Position numbers and translations under genes: made by a program. Shown one piece after another: positions 37,243-47,289 of a stretch of 64,000 nucleotides of DNA (within the stretch, counting starts at the first letter, position 1; each line of letters begins with the position of its first letter). Source of the DNA: Oligoflexales bacterium (GTDB lineage Bacteria > Bdellovibrionota_B > Oligoflexia > Oligoflexales > JAPPIL01); assembly GCA_965215515.1 (NCBI GenBank), contig OZ244057.1, forward strand, positions 512,001 through 576,000, given 5' to 3'. The notes under the pieces were generated by a model. It saw only the letters and a list, made by a program, of their open reading frames with translations. It was not told the origin of the DNA and made no database searches.

Positions 37243-38871
37243 ATGTCGTCTCCTACGGTCAAGCAATTGCAGACAAAACTGTATCGGCAAGCACGCTCTG
37301 CTGCGCAGGAGTTGATTGCAGGTGACGATGTTGCCATCATCGGATATTCACGCAAATTTGAACAAAGTCTACCTCGCCGTTTCAAAAAAATAAATCGTGA
37401 AGATTTTTTTACAGGTATTGTTAGTGCTGACATTATTCTGTACGGTGATTTTCACACGCTCAAGCAGTCACAAAAAGGTTTCGTATGTCTACTGCAGGAA
37501 TTAGCAGTGTTCGATCCTGCACGCCCACGTCTTATCGCGATGGAAGCTTTTCAAGCCACCCAGCAAGATGTGCTGGATAAATTTCAACAACAAAAAATCG
37601 ACGAGCAGCAATTTTTGCAAAGCGTAGATTACGAAAAAACTTGGGGGTTTCCGTGGCAAAATTACCAGCGTATCGTTGCCTATGCGATCGCGGAAAAAAT
37701 TCCCATCTTCGGCATCAACAGTGTGAAAAGCAAAGGTAAAAACAAACTCACCCAACGTGATCGTTTCTGCGCTCGAAAACTTGCCCAACTGACACAGCGA
37801 TTTCCGCACCATCAAATACTGTGCATCACAGGTGAATACCATCTTGCTGACCAACAACTGCCTGCGGCGTTAACAAATAGTCTGCAAAAAACAAAAACCA
37901 AATACAAAAAAGTTGTGCGTATTGTTGCTAACATAGATCAGTATTATTTTGGTTTAAACTTTCCCTCCGAGTTCACTATTAGCCACTACCTCTACTTGAA
38001 AAAAAATCTCTACTGCTTGATGGATACACCCCCGTGGGTAAAGTGGCATTCCTATACTTTTTGGGAAGAGCAACGCAGCGATAGTGAACAACTAGATAGC
38101 AGTGAACGACTCTATAACGAAATTATGATCGATCTTGATTACCATGTGTTATCGCTGGTGTCTGATTTGGTTAAGTTTTTTAAATTTTCCAGCAATCCCG
38201 TCATCCTAACTTTGTTCAATATTGTCTCTGGCGAGCCAGAAAAAATTATTCGTCAAGCACAGCGACAAAAACTTGTTTCACCCTGTGAGTTAAAAGCAGT
38301 AGCTGTGCGTCTAGCACTGGATGAATTTTTTTATGTTGATAAAAGCAAAACAATTTTGTTGACAAAAATATCGCTCAATAATCTTGCCGAAGCTGCGGGA
38401 CAGTTTCTCTATGAGACCGTTGCACGGGCAAATTTTAAAAAAACTGCGCTCAATAACTTTTACCAACGAGTAATAAGATTTTCTCTCGGTATTCTTTGCT
38501 CTAAAATTATCAATCCCAAACGTAAGCTTACCAACTACTATCGTTACGTCGATATCGCCCAAGGCAAAGAACATGTCGATCGTGAACAGCGTGAGGTCGC
38601 ACGTGAAATTGTGCGTTTCCACAGCTGGATGTTGCACCGTGTCGAGCACTGTGATGGGCACATTGTGCGTCATCTCCAGCGCACGGTAGCGATGGATGAA
38701 CGAGTTGCGTTTGAAATCTCCAAAGCACTGGGGAAGATTATCGGGGTAAAAATTTATCGACAAACGATCAAGCATCACACGCCCGCGGCGGAAATACGAG
38801 AGCTTTTTCAGCCACAACCACCCTCACACCAGCCCTGGCATGTGGTAGTCGCCATGTATCGCTGTTTTTAG
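37243..38871 (+). CDS. ChaN/Tiki-superfamily domain protein with C-terminal extension
   Basis: IILYGDFHT, IAMEAF, WGFPWQNY, RDRFCA, ITGEYHL; no signal peptide seen. Confidence 0.7.
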   Translation: MSSPTVKQLQTKLYRQARSAAQELIAGDDVAIIGYSRKFEQSLPRRFKKINREDFFTGIVSADIILYGDFHTLKQSQKGFVCLLQELAVFDPARPRLIAMEAFQATQQDVLDKFQQQKIDEQQFLQSVDYEKTWGFPWQNYQRIVAYAIAEKIPIFGINSVKSKGKNKLTQRDRFCARKLAQLTQRFPHHQILCITGEYHLADQQLPAALTNSLQKTKTKYKKVVRIVANIDQYYFGLNFPSEFTISHYLYLKKNLYCLMDTPPWVKWHSYTFWEEQRSDSEQLDSSERLYNEIMIDLDYHVLSLVSDLVKFFKFSSNPVILTLFNIVSGEPEKIIRQAQRQKLVSPCELKAVAVRLALDEFFYVDKSKTILLTKISLNNLAEAAGQFLYETVARANFKKTALNNFYQRVIRFSLGILCSKIINPKRKLTNYYRYVDIAQGKEHVDREQREVAREIVRFHSWMLHRVEHCDGHIVRHLQRTVAMDERVAFEISKALGKIIGVKIYRQTIKHHTPAAEIRELFQPQPPSHQPWHVVVAMYRCF

Positions 38872-39389
38872 TTTTGCAGAGAGGTATCTACACTACCAAA
38901 CAAGCAGGCTTTATCCCCGCCCCCTCGGCTATTCACCAACTCACTACCGTGCGACGCGGCGGTGAGAACGATGGCGGGCTTGTGAACGACTTCGATGCCG
39001 CCCTGCGGCAGAAGGTGCAGTGAGCTACGGTCATGGTAGCCCCGCTGGTAGTAGACACGGCGCACCGAGCCGAGGTTAATAAGACGCTTGGCACAGCGTG
39101 CGCACGGCAGATGTGTGACGAAAACAAGCTTGTCTTGCGCTCGCGGTGTATCACAGTGGATGACCGCGTTTTCTTCCGAGTGCAAGCAACCGCAGTTTCC
39201 CCGCTCGTCACGATCACAGCAGTTGGGCAAACCGCGCGCATTGCCGTTGTAGCCGATGGCCAGCACCTTGTGATAGTCCGTAGTAGTGATGACCGTACCC
39301 ACCTGCAGACGCTTGCAAGTCGAACGCTGTGCTAAGTGTTGTGCAAAGGCGAGAAATATGTCCTCGAACGCAGGGCGAGCAGCAACCAT
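38868..39389 (-). CDS. dCMP deaminase / ComEB-family zinc deaminase
   Basis: RSTCKRLQVG, IGYNG, HSEENA, PCARCAK. Confidence 0.9.
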   Translation of the reverse strand: MVAARPAFEDIFLAFAQHLAQRSTCKRLQVGTVITTTDYHKVLAIGYNGNARGLPNCCDRDERGNCGCLHSEENAVIHCDTPRAQDKLVFVTHLPCARCAKRLINLGSVRRVYYQRGYHDRSSLHLLPQGGIEVVHKPAIVLTAASHGSELVNSRGGGDKACLFGSVDTSLQN

Positions 39390-39392
39390 AGC

Positions 39393-39668
39393 TTAAGGCG
39401 AGCAGACCTTCTTCAGCAAAAGGTGCAGGCGTTTGGTTCTGCGTGCAACGGTGTTCTTGGGCAGAATGTTCTTGCGCCAGGCACGTGCCAGCAACGACTG
39501 TGCGGTACGGAAGACAGACTGAAGCTGGTCCTGATCGATGTCGGCCGCGCTGGCTGCCGTGCGAAAGTTTTTCACCGCGGTGCGTACCCGCGACAGGTAC
39601 TGCTTGTTGCGCAGTTGGCGTTGGTGATCGGTCTTGATGCGTTTCTTGGCTGATTTGTGATGTGCCAT
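39393..39668 (-). CDS. rpsT: 30S ribosomal protein S20
   Basis: MAHHKSAKKRIK...RNKQYLSRVRTAVK...ILPKNTVARR. Confidence 0.95.
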   Translation of the reverse strand: MAHHKSAKKRIKTDHQRQLRNKQYLSRVRTAVKNFRTAASAADIDQDQLQSVFRTAQSLLARAWRKNILPKNTVARRTKRLHLLLKKVCSP

Positions 39669-39689
39669 GTGCTCACTTAATACTTGTGT

Positions 39690-39890
39690 TTACGTCGCAG
39701 CAGCCTTGCGCTGCCCCCCGCGTTTGATCGCAACCTTGCCGCTTCTGGCTGATTTCGTGGGGGCAGTCTTAGGGGCAACAACCGTCCTGGCGGTGACAGT
39801 TGCCCGCAACCTTCTCTGCTGCTCCTTGCGGCGTTTCTGCCCGCGGCGGCGAAGCATCTTTGCAGTACGGCGATTATCACCCCGTCCCAC
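39690..39890 (-). CDS. 66-aa basic protein with Thx(bTHX)-like N-terminus inside the r-protein operon
   Basis: MGRGDNRRTAKMLRRRGQKRRK; GTG start overlaps the rpmB TAG by 1 nt; ends 21 nt before rpsT. Confidence 0.7.
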   Translation of the reverse strand: MGRGDNRRTAKMLRRRGQKRRKEQQRRLRATVTARTVVAPKTAPTKSARSGKVAIKRGGQRKAAAT

Positions 39891-40117
39891 TACCCCTGTC
39901 CTCCCTTGGACGCGACATAGTTATCAATCCCCACCTTATCCAGCGTGCGCAAAGTCGCAGCCGCCACCCGCAAGGTCACGAAACGCCCTCGTGCAGGCGA
40001 CCAGATCCGCTTGCGGTGCAAATTAGGCAGAAAACGATGCCGCCGCCTGTTTTTGGCATGCGACACACGGCAACCGCTCTGTACTCCCCTCGCACTCAAT
40101 TGACAACGCCTTGCCAT
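39890..40117 (-). CDS. rpmB: 50S ribosomal protein L28
   Basis: MARRCQL...VSHAKN...RFLPNLHRKRIW...LRVAAATLRTLDKVG. Confidence 0.95.
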   Translation of the reverse strand: MARRCQLSARGVQSGCRVSHAKNRRRHRFLPNLHRKRIWSPARGRFVTLRVAAATLRTLDKVGIDNYVASKGGQG

Positions 40118-40126
40118 TCCTCATCC

Positions 40127-40423
40127 CTACCAGCGATCAGAAACACCCGCCGCGGCCGCCGACGCGGTCATTTCACCCGCAAAACCACGTTCAGTGCAGT
40201 GCGAGACCGTGTACGGCAACAAGGCCAGATAGCGGGCACGCTTGACCGCCTTAGCTATTTTACGCTGCTGCGCTGCCGTTGCTCCTGAGATACGACTGGG
40301 AATTATCTTGCCACGATCGGTGATGAAACGCTTCAGAATGTCAGGACGGCGGTAATCGATCAGCACATCGGGGTCGAGAAACTTCTTGCGACGCGGTAAC
40401 AGCCGTCGGCGCTTCTTGTACAT
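40127..40423 (-). CDS. rpsR: 30S ribosomal protein S18 (Zn-free type)
   Basis: [26 protein letters not shown]...[19 protein letters not shown]. Confidence 0.96.
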   Translation of the reverse strand: MYKKRRRLLPRRKKFLDPDVLIDYRRPDILKRFITDRGKIIPSRISGATAAQQRKIAKAVKRARYLALLPYTVSHCTERGFAGEMTASAAAAGVSDRW

Positions 40424-40748
40424 AAGGACTAACTCCACCAAACCTCACGGGCGGGGAGGATAGATAAGGCGAGAGAAAATTGCAAGTTTTTTATGCCCCC
40501 TTGTTAACTTCTGCCGACAACATCACTCTCAAGCATCGCCTATCTTGACATGGCGCACCAGATGACAAAGAAAGAAACCCGCACAGGGGAATTTAAGCAT
40601 TGTCTTGTCCCCCTACCGTGTGTTAGCCCTGGCGGGCCTTGCGTGGACATGTGATGACTTACACTTACGCGATCTTGTACGTGTGTGATCCCGATGGTTT
40701 TTTAGTGGACATTGGCTCGCCGCTGGATGCTGCTTAAGGCTACGCAGA

Positions 40749-42029
40749 ATGGGTATCCTCGGTGTTGTCGTTTTTACGGGTATCTGCTGGTTGTTTTCCG
40801 ACGCACGGCGACACATCAGCGTGCACGTGCTGGTCTGGGGGATGGCACTGCAATTTGTGCTAGCCTTCTTGGTGCTCGGTATACCCGCCTGGCACGTTCC
40901 TGGGGTGTTGCAACCGTTGTTTGCCGCACTGGGCAGCGCGGTAATCGCGTTGCTGGGCTTTTCGCTGGAAGGCATTCGATTTCTTTTCGGTGATCTGGCC
41001 GATAGCGAGAAATCTGGTTTTATTCTCGCCCTCCAAGTGCTGATGGTCATCCCGTTTTTCGCCGCACTGATGGCGGTACTTAACCACTGGGGAGTATTGC
41101 AAAGAGTTGTCTATTTTTTGGGCAAATTGATGCAAAAGACGATGCATCTCAGCGGTGCGGAGTCACTGGCAGTGGCAGCCAATATCTTTGTCGGGCAAAC
41201 CGACGCTCCACTCGTCATCCGCCCTTATCTAGCGAACTTAACCCGTTCGGAGCTGTTGTGCTTGATGGTAGGTGGCTTGGCCACCACCTCGGGCACAATC
41301 CTCGCGGCCTACGTCGGGGTGTTGCAGAACGCAGTCCCCGATGTCGCCGAACACCTGCTTACCGCCAGTGTGATGTCAGCCCCCGCCGCCCTGCTGGCCG
41401 CTAAACTGCTTATCCCCGAAACCGAGACTCCCCAAACCGCGGGTAACGTGACGGCGGTCACAACTACCACTATCGATAGCTGTAATACCATCGATGCCGC
41501 GGCCACGGGAGCGAGGGAAGGTCTCTACCTGGCTTTCAACGTCACTGCCATGCTACTCGCCTTCATCGGACTCGTGGCACTGCTCAATGCTGTGCTCGGC
41601 GGTGCAGGCGAGTGGATCGGTTTCGACAGCTGGGGCAAGGGACTAGTTCCTGCAGGCAGAGATGCGCAACTGAGCCTGCAAATCATCTTCGGTTGGATCT
41701 GCGCTCCGCTCGTGTGGATGATGGGTGTGCCCTGGTCTGAAGCGCTCGTCGCGGGCATACTGCTGGGGGAAAAGATAGTCCTTAACGAATTCGTCGCCTA
41801 CCTGAGTCTCTCTCAACTGGAAGGAGTGCTCACACCGCGCTCAGCGATCATCATGTCGTATGCCCTGTGCGGTTTCGCTAACTTCAGCTCGATCGGTATT
41901 CTCATCGGCGGTATCGGTAGTCTCGCGCCTGAACGCCAACACGACGTTGCCCGTCTCGGTCTCCGTGCCCTGCTCGGCGGCACGATCGCAGCGATGATTA
42001 CCGCCGCAATCGCAGGGCTGTTCATCTAA
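40749..42029 (+). CDS. nupC: Concentrative nucleoside transporter (NupC/CNT family)
   Basis: SGAESL..AANIFVGQT, PLVIRPYL, TASVMSAPAAL, GEKIVLNEFVAY, YALCGFANFSSIGI. Confidence 0.93.
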   Translation: MGILGVVVFTGICWLFSDARRHISVHVLVWGMALQFVLAFLVLGIPAWHVPGVLQPLFAALGSAVIALLGFSLEGIRFLFGDLADSEKSGFILALQVLMVIPFFAALMAVLNHWGVLQRVVYFLGKLMQKTMHLSGAESLAVAANIFVGQTDAPLVIRPYLANLTRSELLCLMVGGLATTSGTILAAYVGVLQNAVPDVAEHLLTASVMSAPAALLAAKLLIPETETPQTAGNVTAVTTTTIDSCNTIDAAATGAREGLYLAFNVTAMLLAFIGLVALLNAVLGGAGEWIGFDSWGKGLVPAGRDAQLSLQIIFGWICAPLVWMMGVPWSEALVAGILLGEKIVLNEFVAYLSLSQLEGVLTPRSAIIMSYALCGFANFSSIGILIGGIGSLAPERQHDVARLGLRALLGGTIAAMITAAIAGLFI

Positions 42030-42146
42030 CCACCCTGTCCGCGGGGCTTTGCTAAATAAGGATGGCGCGCGGCAGGTTTTTTGCTATGCTGACGAGCAGA
42101 AGGTGGTTGCCAGCCACTTTGAATGTGATTTTCACCCCCTGCGCCG

Positions 42147-43739
42147 ATGAACATGAACATTGCCGACCTGCTCAATACACACGCCGCACAGCACCCCTCT
42201 CGTATCTGCTTGTTGCGCGCCCACGGCAAAAACTGGCAACAGCTCAACTACATACAGCTGGCACGGCGTGTCGCCCAAACCGCCCACCGTCTCCAGACAT
42301 TGGGAGTGCAAGCAGGAGCCAAAACCCTACTGGCGTTACCACCAACCCTGGATTTTTTTGTGCTGGTCTACGCCCTGTTCAAAATCGGCGCAGTGCCCGT
42401 CTTCATCGACCCACGTATGGGGCGCGCGAATTTACGCCGCTGTCTGCACCAGGTACAACTCGACTTGCTCATCGCCTCCGCAGCAGTGCGTCTGTGGCTG
42501 CGCGTCATCGCCGCCCTCCGCAGCACACACACCCTCAACCCCTCCACCTGCTTGCGTCCCACCACCGCCTCCTCCACCCCCAGCTGGCAGGCAAGGAAGA
42601 GAAGCATCGCCGCCATAACTTTCACGAGCGGCAGCACAGGCACACCGAAAGGCGTGCTTTATACGCATCATATCCTCGCCGCCCAACTCGCCGCTTTACG
42701 CGACATGTTTGCTATCAAAGGCGACAGCTACGACCTCGCCACCTTCCCGCTCTTCGCCCTCTTCGGCCCGCTGCTGGGTCGCACAACGGTACTCGCCGCG
42801 ATGGACATGACTCGCCCTGCCCGCGTCAAACCCACACGGTTAATTACCGCCATCAACCGCTACCACATCGCCTCGATGTTCTGCTCGCCTGCCGTGCTCG
42901 ATAAACTCGCCACCTACGGCAGACAACACGGGATCAGCCTGCCATCCCTGCGCCAGATAATTTGCGCGGGCGCACCCGTCAATCCTCGCATCTTGCACAC
43001 CGTCGCCCCGCTGTTAGCAGTAGACACCGAGATCTTCACCCCCTACGGGGCGACCGAAGCCCTACCCGTGGCACTCATCGGCAGTCGGACGATTATGCGT
43101 ACCACCGCCCCCGCGACAGCACGCGGTGCAGGCATCTGTATCGGCAAACCCCTCGCCACAGTCGATGTCAGGATAATTAAAATTTATGACGGTGCATTGC
43201 CGTACGATAAAGATTTCCACACCGCCCCAGGGGACATAGGCGAGATCACCGTCAGTGCTCCGTGGCTGTCACACTCTTATCACGAGAACACCGCCGCCGA
43301 TAACGAAGCAAGATACACCCACGGAGGTAAAATCTACCATCGCATGGGTGATCTCGGCTACTACGACAAGGAAGGGCAACTGTGGTACTGCGGACGCAAA
43401 TCACAGCGTGTGCGCTGCAGTGCGGGCACGCTGTATACCGTATGCTGTGAGGGAATTTTCAACGCCCACACCGCGGTAAAATGCAGCGCACTGATCGCCA
43501 TCAAAGTGCAAGGACAACGACAGGCTGGTGTGTGCGTAGAAACTCTGCACAAACTAGCAGCGCAGCAACGGCAAAAGCTACGGCGAGAATTACAACAACT
43601 AGCACGGAAATTCAAAACTACTGCCGCGATCACGCATTTTTACTTCTTAAAAAAATTGCCCGTCGATAGACGACACAACGCCAAAATTTTGCGAGAACAA
43701 CTGACACACAAGATAGGTAAACGTCTTGTCTCCCCCTAA
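42147..43739 (+). CDS. oleC: OleC-like AMP-dependent ligase (beta-lactone synthetase family)
   Basis: GAVPVFIDPRMG, FTSGSTGTPKGV, DLATFPLFALF, MDMTRPA, TPYGATEALPV, HRMGDLG, GRKSQRV, LPVDRRHNAKI; adjacent to an oleD-like gene. Confidence 0.85.
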   Translation: MNMNIADLLNTHAAQHPSRICLLRAHGKNWQQLNYIQLARRVAQTAHRLQTLGVQAGAKTLLALPPTLDFFVLVYALFKIGAVPVFIDPRMGRANLRRCLHQVQLDLLIASAAVRLWLRVIAALRSTHTLNPSTCLRPTTASSTPSWQARKRSIAAITFTSGSTGTPKGVLYTHHILAAQLAALRDMFAIKGDSYDLATFPLFALFGPLLGRTTVLAAMDMTRPARVKPTRLITAINRYHIASMFCSPAVLDKLATYGRQHGISLPSLRQIICAGAPVNPRILHTVAPLLAVDTEIFTPYGATEALPVALIGSRTIMRTTAPATARGAGICIGKPLATVDVRIIKIYDGALPYDKDFHTAPGDIGEITVSAPWLSHSYHENTAADNEARYTHGGKIYHRMGDLGYYDKEGQLWYCGRKSQRVRCSAGTLYTVCCEGIFNAHTAVKCSALIAIKVQGQRQAGVCVETLHKLAAQQRQKLRRELQQLARKFKTTAAITHFYFLKKLPVDRRHNAKILREQLTHKIGKRLVSP

Positions 43740-44733
43740 CTCCATGCATGCCCTCGTAACAGGAGGGGGCGGGTTTCTCGGTCTAGAACTGGTCAAACAA
43801 TTGTTGGCCGCGGGTTATCGAGTACGTTCGTTTGCACGCCAACATCATGCCGTTCTCGACCGACTCGGTGTCGCTAGTGTGCGCGGCGACCTCACCCATG
43901 CCGAGGCCGTACAACGCGCCGTACAAGGGGTCGATATTGTCTTTCACGTTGCGGCACGCGCAGGAGTGTGGGGCAAACGACAGCTGTACTACGACACCAA
44001 CGTCATCGGCACACAACATGTCGTGGCGGCTTGCTTGCGACACAAAACGAAATACCTTATCTATACGGGCAGTCCGAGCGTTACCTTCGACGGGCGAGCA
44101 CAGGAAGGTGTTAACGAGGACACGCCCTACACACAAAAATTTTTCTGTGCCTACCAAGAGACAAAAACCATCGCGGAACGTTATGCTCTACAAAATCGTT
44201 GTCCCGACCTCTACACGGTGGCCTTGCGTCCACATCTGATCTGGGGGGTAGGTGATCCGCATTTTTTGCCGCGCTTGCTGGCACACAGTAAACGTCTGCG
44301 TTTTATCGGCGAAGGCACAAACCTTATCGACACGACTTACGTCAGCGATGCTGCCGCGGCACACGTGTGCGCCGCGCAAGCTCTGCGCCACAATCATGCC
44401 CTCAGTGGACGCAGTTATTTTATCAGCGGCGGAGAACCGCAGCGCGTGTCCGTCTTTCTCAACGCCCTGCTCACCGCATGCGGACGGCCTGCGCGGCACA
44501 AAAAAATTCCGCGGCGCATCGGCTTGTGTCTCGGCACACTGTGCGAAACGATCTTTCGTGCACTAGGTAGTCAGCGTGAACCGCCGCTGACGTATTTTGT
44601 CGCGGCACAGCTGGCGAAGGCACACTGGTATGACATCAGCAGAGCAAAACAAGAGCTGGGTTACAACCCCCAAGTATCGTTGACACAGGGTTGTGCCTGG
44701 CTGCGAGAAGAGCACAGACGGGCGAAGTATTGA
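43726..44733 (+). CDS. oleD: OleD-like NAD(P)-dependent 2-alkyl-3-oxoalkanoate reductase (3-beta-HSD family)
   Basis: VTGGGGFLG, FHVAARAGVWG, SPSVTFDG, YQETK (YxxxK), LRPHLIWGVGDPH. Confidence 0.85.
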   Translation: MSPPNSMHALVTGGGGFLGLELVKQLLAAGYRVRSFARQHHAVLDRLGVASVRGDLTHAEAVQRAVQGVDIVFHVAARAGVWGKRQLYYDTNVIGTQHVVAACLRHKTKYLIYTGSPSVTFDGRAQEGVNEDTPYTQKFFCAYQETKTIAERYALQNRCPDLYTVALRPHLIWGVGDPHFLPRLLAHSKRLRFIGEGTNLIDTTYVSDAAAAHVCAAQALRHNHALSGRSYFISGGEPQRVSVFLNALLTACGRPARHKKIPRRIGLCLGTLCETIFRALGSQREPPLTYFVAAQLAKAHWYDISRAKQELGYNPQVSLTQGCAWLREEHRRAKY

Positions 44734-44808
44734 CATTACCTGCTGATCGATGTTTAAAGCGTCGGCGCGACGAACGGCACGCGGTGTTAACGGGCAACGG
44801 GATTAACC

Positions 44809-45519
44809 ATGATAACTAAAGAAATCACGTACGAGCACGGCAGAACAACCCTCGCGGGCTACCTCGCCCATCGGGAAGATGACGCACCCCTCCCCGCGGT
44901 ACTGATCTGCCATGCGTGGAAGGGACGAGACCAGTACGTGTGTGACAAGGCGGTCGCACTGGCTAAAAACGGCTATGTCGGCTTTGCTCTCGATGTTTAC
45001 GGCCAGGGGGTGCTCGGCACGAGTGTGGAAGAAAACACCCGCCTGATGACTCCCTTCATGGAGGATCGAGACTTCCTGCTTCAGCGTCTGCTGGCTGGTT
45101 ATGAGACACTGTGTCAGTTGCCACAGGTGGATGAACAACGCATCGCAGCTATCGGCTACTGTTTTGGCGGGCTGTGTGCTCTCGATCTCATGCGTACGGG
45201 CACGCGCCTGCGCGGCGTAGTAAGTCTGCACGGCTTGTTAACCCCGCGGGGCAAAGACAACAACGTTAGCCAGACCGCCACCAGAGCACTGGTACTGCAC
45301 GGTGGCAGCGATCCGATGGTTAGTCTTGACGACGTGGTGGCTTTCCACGGCGAGATGCAAAAAATGCAGGCTGAGTGGCAACTGCACATGTATAGCGACG
45401 CACAGCACGCCTTCACTAATCCCGACGCACATGACCAGCAACTCGGCACCGTCTACAACGAGCGTGCCGCGGCTCACGCCGACTTCTTGCTGCAGCGTTT
45501 TTTACGAGAAGTTTTTTAA
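44809..45519 (+). CDS. Dienelactone hydrolase family protein
   Basis: PAVLICHAW, GYCFGG nucleophile elbow, LHGGSDPMV, HAFTNP. Confidence 0.92.
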   Translation: MITKEITYEHGRTTLAGYLAHREDDAPLPAVLICHAWKGRDQYVCDKAVALAKNGYVGFALDVYGQGVLGTSVEENTRLMTPFMEDRDFLLQRLLAGYETLCQLPQVDEQRIAAIGYCFGGLCALDLMRTGTRLRGVVSLHGLLTPRGKDNNVSQTATRALVLHGGSDPMVSLDDVVAFHGEMQKMQAEWQLHMYSDAQHAFTNPDAHDQQLGTVYNERAAAHADFLLQRFLREVF

Positions 45520-45584
45520 CGCGCGACAACACCGCTAGCACCCACAAGAAGCTTGCGTGCAGTAACGCAGTGGCTGACCCTGGC

Positions 45585-47231
45585 TTAAACATCGGACAGC
45601 ATATCACGCATCGCTCGTCCTGAGGGATCAGCTTTGGTTGCGAAACGCTGATCCCACTCCAAAGCCGCGGCTGACGAGCAGGCGATGCTTTTTTCGTGAG
45701 GTACACAGTCGAGAGTGTGTGTGGCGAAAGATTGTGCGTAAAGCTGACGATAGAGGTATTCTTCTTTGGTGCGAGGGGTTTTGCGGGGAAAATCTTGCGC
45801 ACGAGCGGCGAACTGCTGATCGTTTATCTCTTTCTCCGCATGTGCTTGCAAAGCATCTATCCAGCGATAGCCGACCCCATCGGAAAACTGCTCTTTCTGT
45901 CGCCACACGATGGCATGCGGCAGGTAAGCGGCGAAAGCCTGACGCAAGACATGTTTCTCCATACGTGTGCCGCGGGGCATTTTTATCTGAGGCTGCATGT
46001 TCATGGCACGATTGAGAAAATCAATATCGAGAAACGGGACACGTGCCTCCACTCCCCACGCTGCCATCGCTTTGTTAACACGCAGACAGTCGTAGCGATG
46101 CAGTGCTTTAATCTTGCGCAGTATCTCGCGCTGAAACTCCTGCTCGTTAGGGGCACGGTGAAAATACAGATAACCGCCGAACACTTCATCCGCTCCTTCA
46201 CCCGACAACACCATCTTGATCCCCATCGCTTTGATCTTACGTGCCAACAAATACATCGGCACGGACGCACGCACCGTCGTGATGTCAAACGTTTCGATGT
46301 GGTAGATGACATCGGCAAGTGCATCCAAACCTTCCTGCTCCGTAAAGGTAAAGGCATGGTGAGCAGTGCCGATATGCTCTGCCACCACCTGTGCGGCCGC
46401 AAGATCAGGAGCGTCAGGCAAACCGATGGTGAACGAGTGCAGGCGTGGCCACCACGCCGCGCTGCCATCTTCAACCCGTTGGGCGGCAAAACGTGCGGCG
46501 ATAGCGGCGATAAGCGACGAGTCCACCCCCCCAGAGATGAGCAGACCGAAAGGTACATCACACATCAACTGGCGGTGCACCGCTTCCTCCAGGGCAAGAC
46601 GCATACGTTTGGGAGTGGTGTACCTTTGCGGCAAGGAAAAATCGCGCTGCAGCCAGCCTGGCCTGAACCAACGCTGTAGTTTACCATCGAGCAGTGCGTG
46701 CCCTGGGGGAAATTCCCACACCCTCGTGCAGACATCGGTGATCGCCTTCAACTCGGAGGCGACGAAGAGGTTATGCTCACAGTCACGTCCGTAGTAAAGC
46801 GGCACAACCCCGATCGCATCTCTGGCCACGAGATAACTGTGGCGATGGCGATCGTAAAGTACGAAAGCAAAGATACCATTCAGGGCGCGCAGAAAATCAA
46901 CTCCCTGCTCTTCGTAAAGATACATCAAGATCTCGCAATCGGAGGAGGTCTTGAAGTTGTGCTGTCTGCTCAAAAAGCCGCGCAGCTCGCGGTGATTGTA
47001 AATCTCGCCGTTGACGCAGAGTACCTTGCCACTGTCGCTCTGTAACGGCTGTGCACCGCTCTCGACATCGACGATCGCCAAGCGTTCATGTGCCAACACC
47101 GCTCGCTCGTCCGCATAAATCCCGCTCCAATCAGGGCCGCGATGACGCAGACGACGGGCAAGCTGCAAGGCGCGTGTCCGCAAATCACGCGGGCTACGGG
47201 TTATTTCGAGAATTGCCACTACCGCACACAT
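45585..47231 (-). CDS. asnB: Asparagine synthase B (glutamine-hydrolysing)
   Basis: N-terminal MC, RHRGPDWSG, VNGEIYNH, SGGVDSS, SGEGADEVFGGY, EARVPFLD, RQKEQFSDGVG. Confidence 0.96.
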   Translation of the reverse strand: MCAVVAILEITRSPRDLRTRALQLARRLRHRGPDWSGIYADERAVLAHERLAIVDVESGAQPLQSDSGKVLCVNGEIYNHRELRGFLSRQHNFKTSSDCEILMYLYEEQGVDFLRALNGIFAFVLYDRHRHSYLVARDAIGVVPLYYGRDCEHNLFVASELKAITDVCTRVWEFPPGHALLDGKLQRWFRPGWLQRDFSLPQRYTTPKRMRLALEEAVHRQLMCDVPFGLLISGGVDSSLIAAIAARFAAQRVEDGSAAWWPRLHSFTIGLPDAPDLAAAQVVAEHIGTAHHAFTFTEQEGLDALADVIYHIETFDITTVRASVPMYLLARKIKAMGIKMVLSGEGADEVFGGYLYFHRAPNEQEFQREILRKIKALHRYDCLRVNKAMAAWGVEARVPFLDIDFLNRAMNMQPQIKMPRGTRMEKHVLRQAFAAYLPHAIVWRQKEQFSDGVGYRWIDALQAHAEKEINDQQFAARAQDFPRKTPRTKEEYLYRQLYAQSFATHTLDCVPHEKSIACSSAAALEWDQRFATKADPSGRAMRDMLSDV

Positions 47232-47289
47232 ACCCGAAAAGGGTATGATACAATTTGGGTTTCTGCGAGTTATTTTTAAAGGTCGCGCG

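Noticed and set aside
44809..45519. Alpha/beta hydrolase after oleD as oleB
   Set aside because: It has the GYCFGG Cys nucleophile of dienelactone hydrolases, not the Asp nucleophile of haloalkane-dehalogenase-like OleB
45696..46679. 327-aa ORF antisense to asnB, and similar shadows in nrdJ, lon and the PKS genes
   Set aside because: Fully overlap well-supported genes and have no recognisable features
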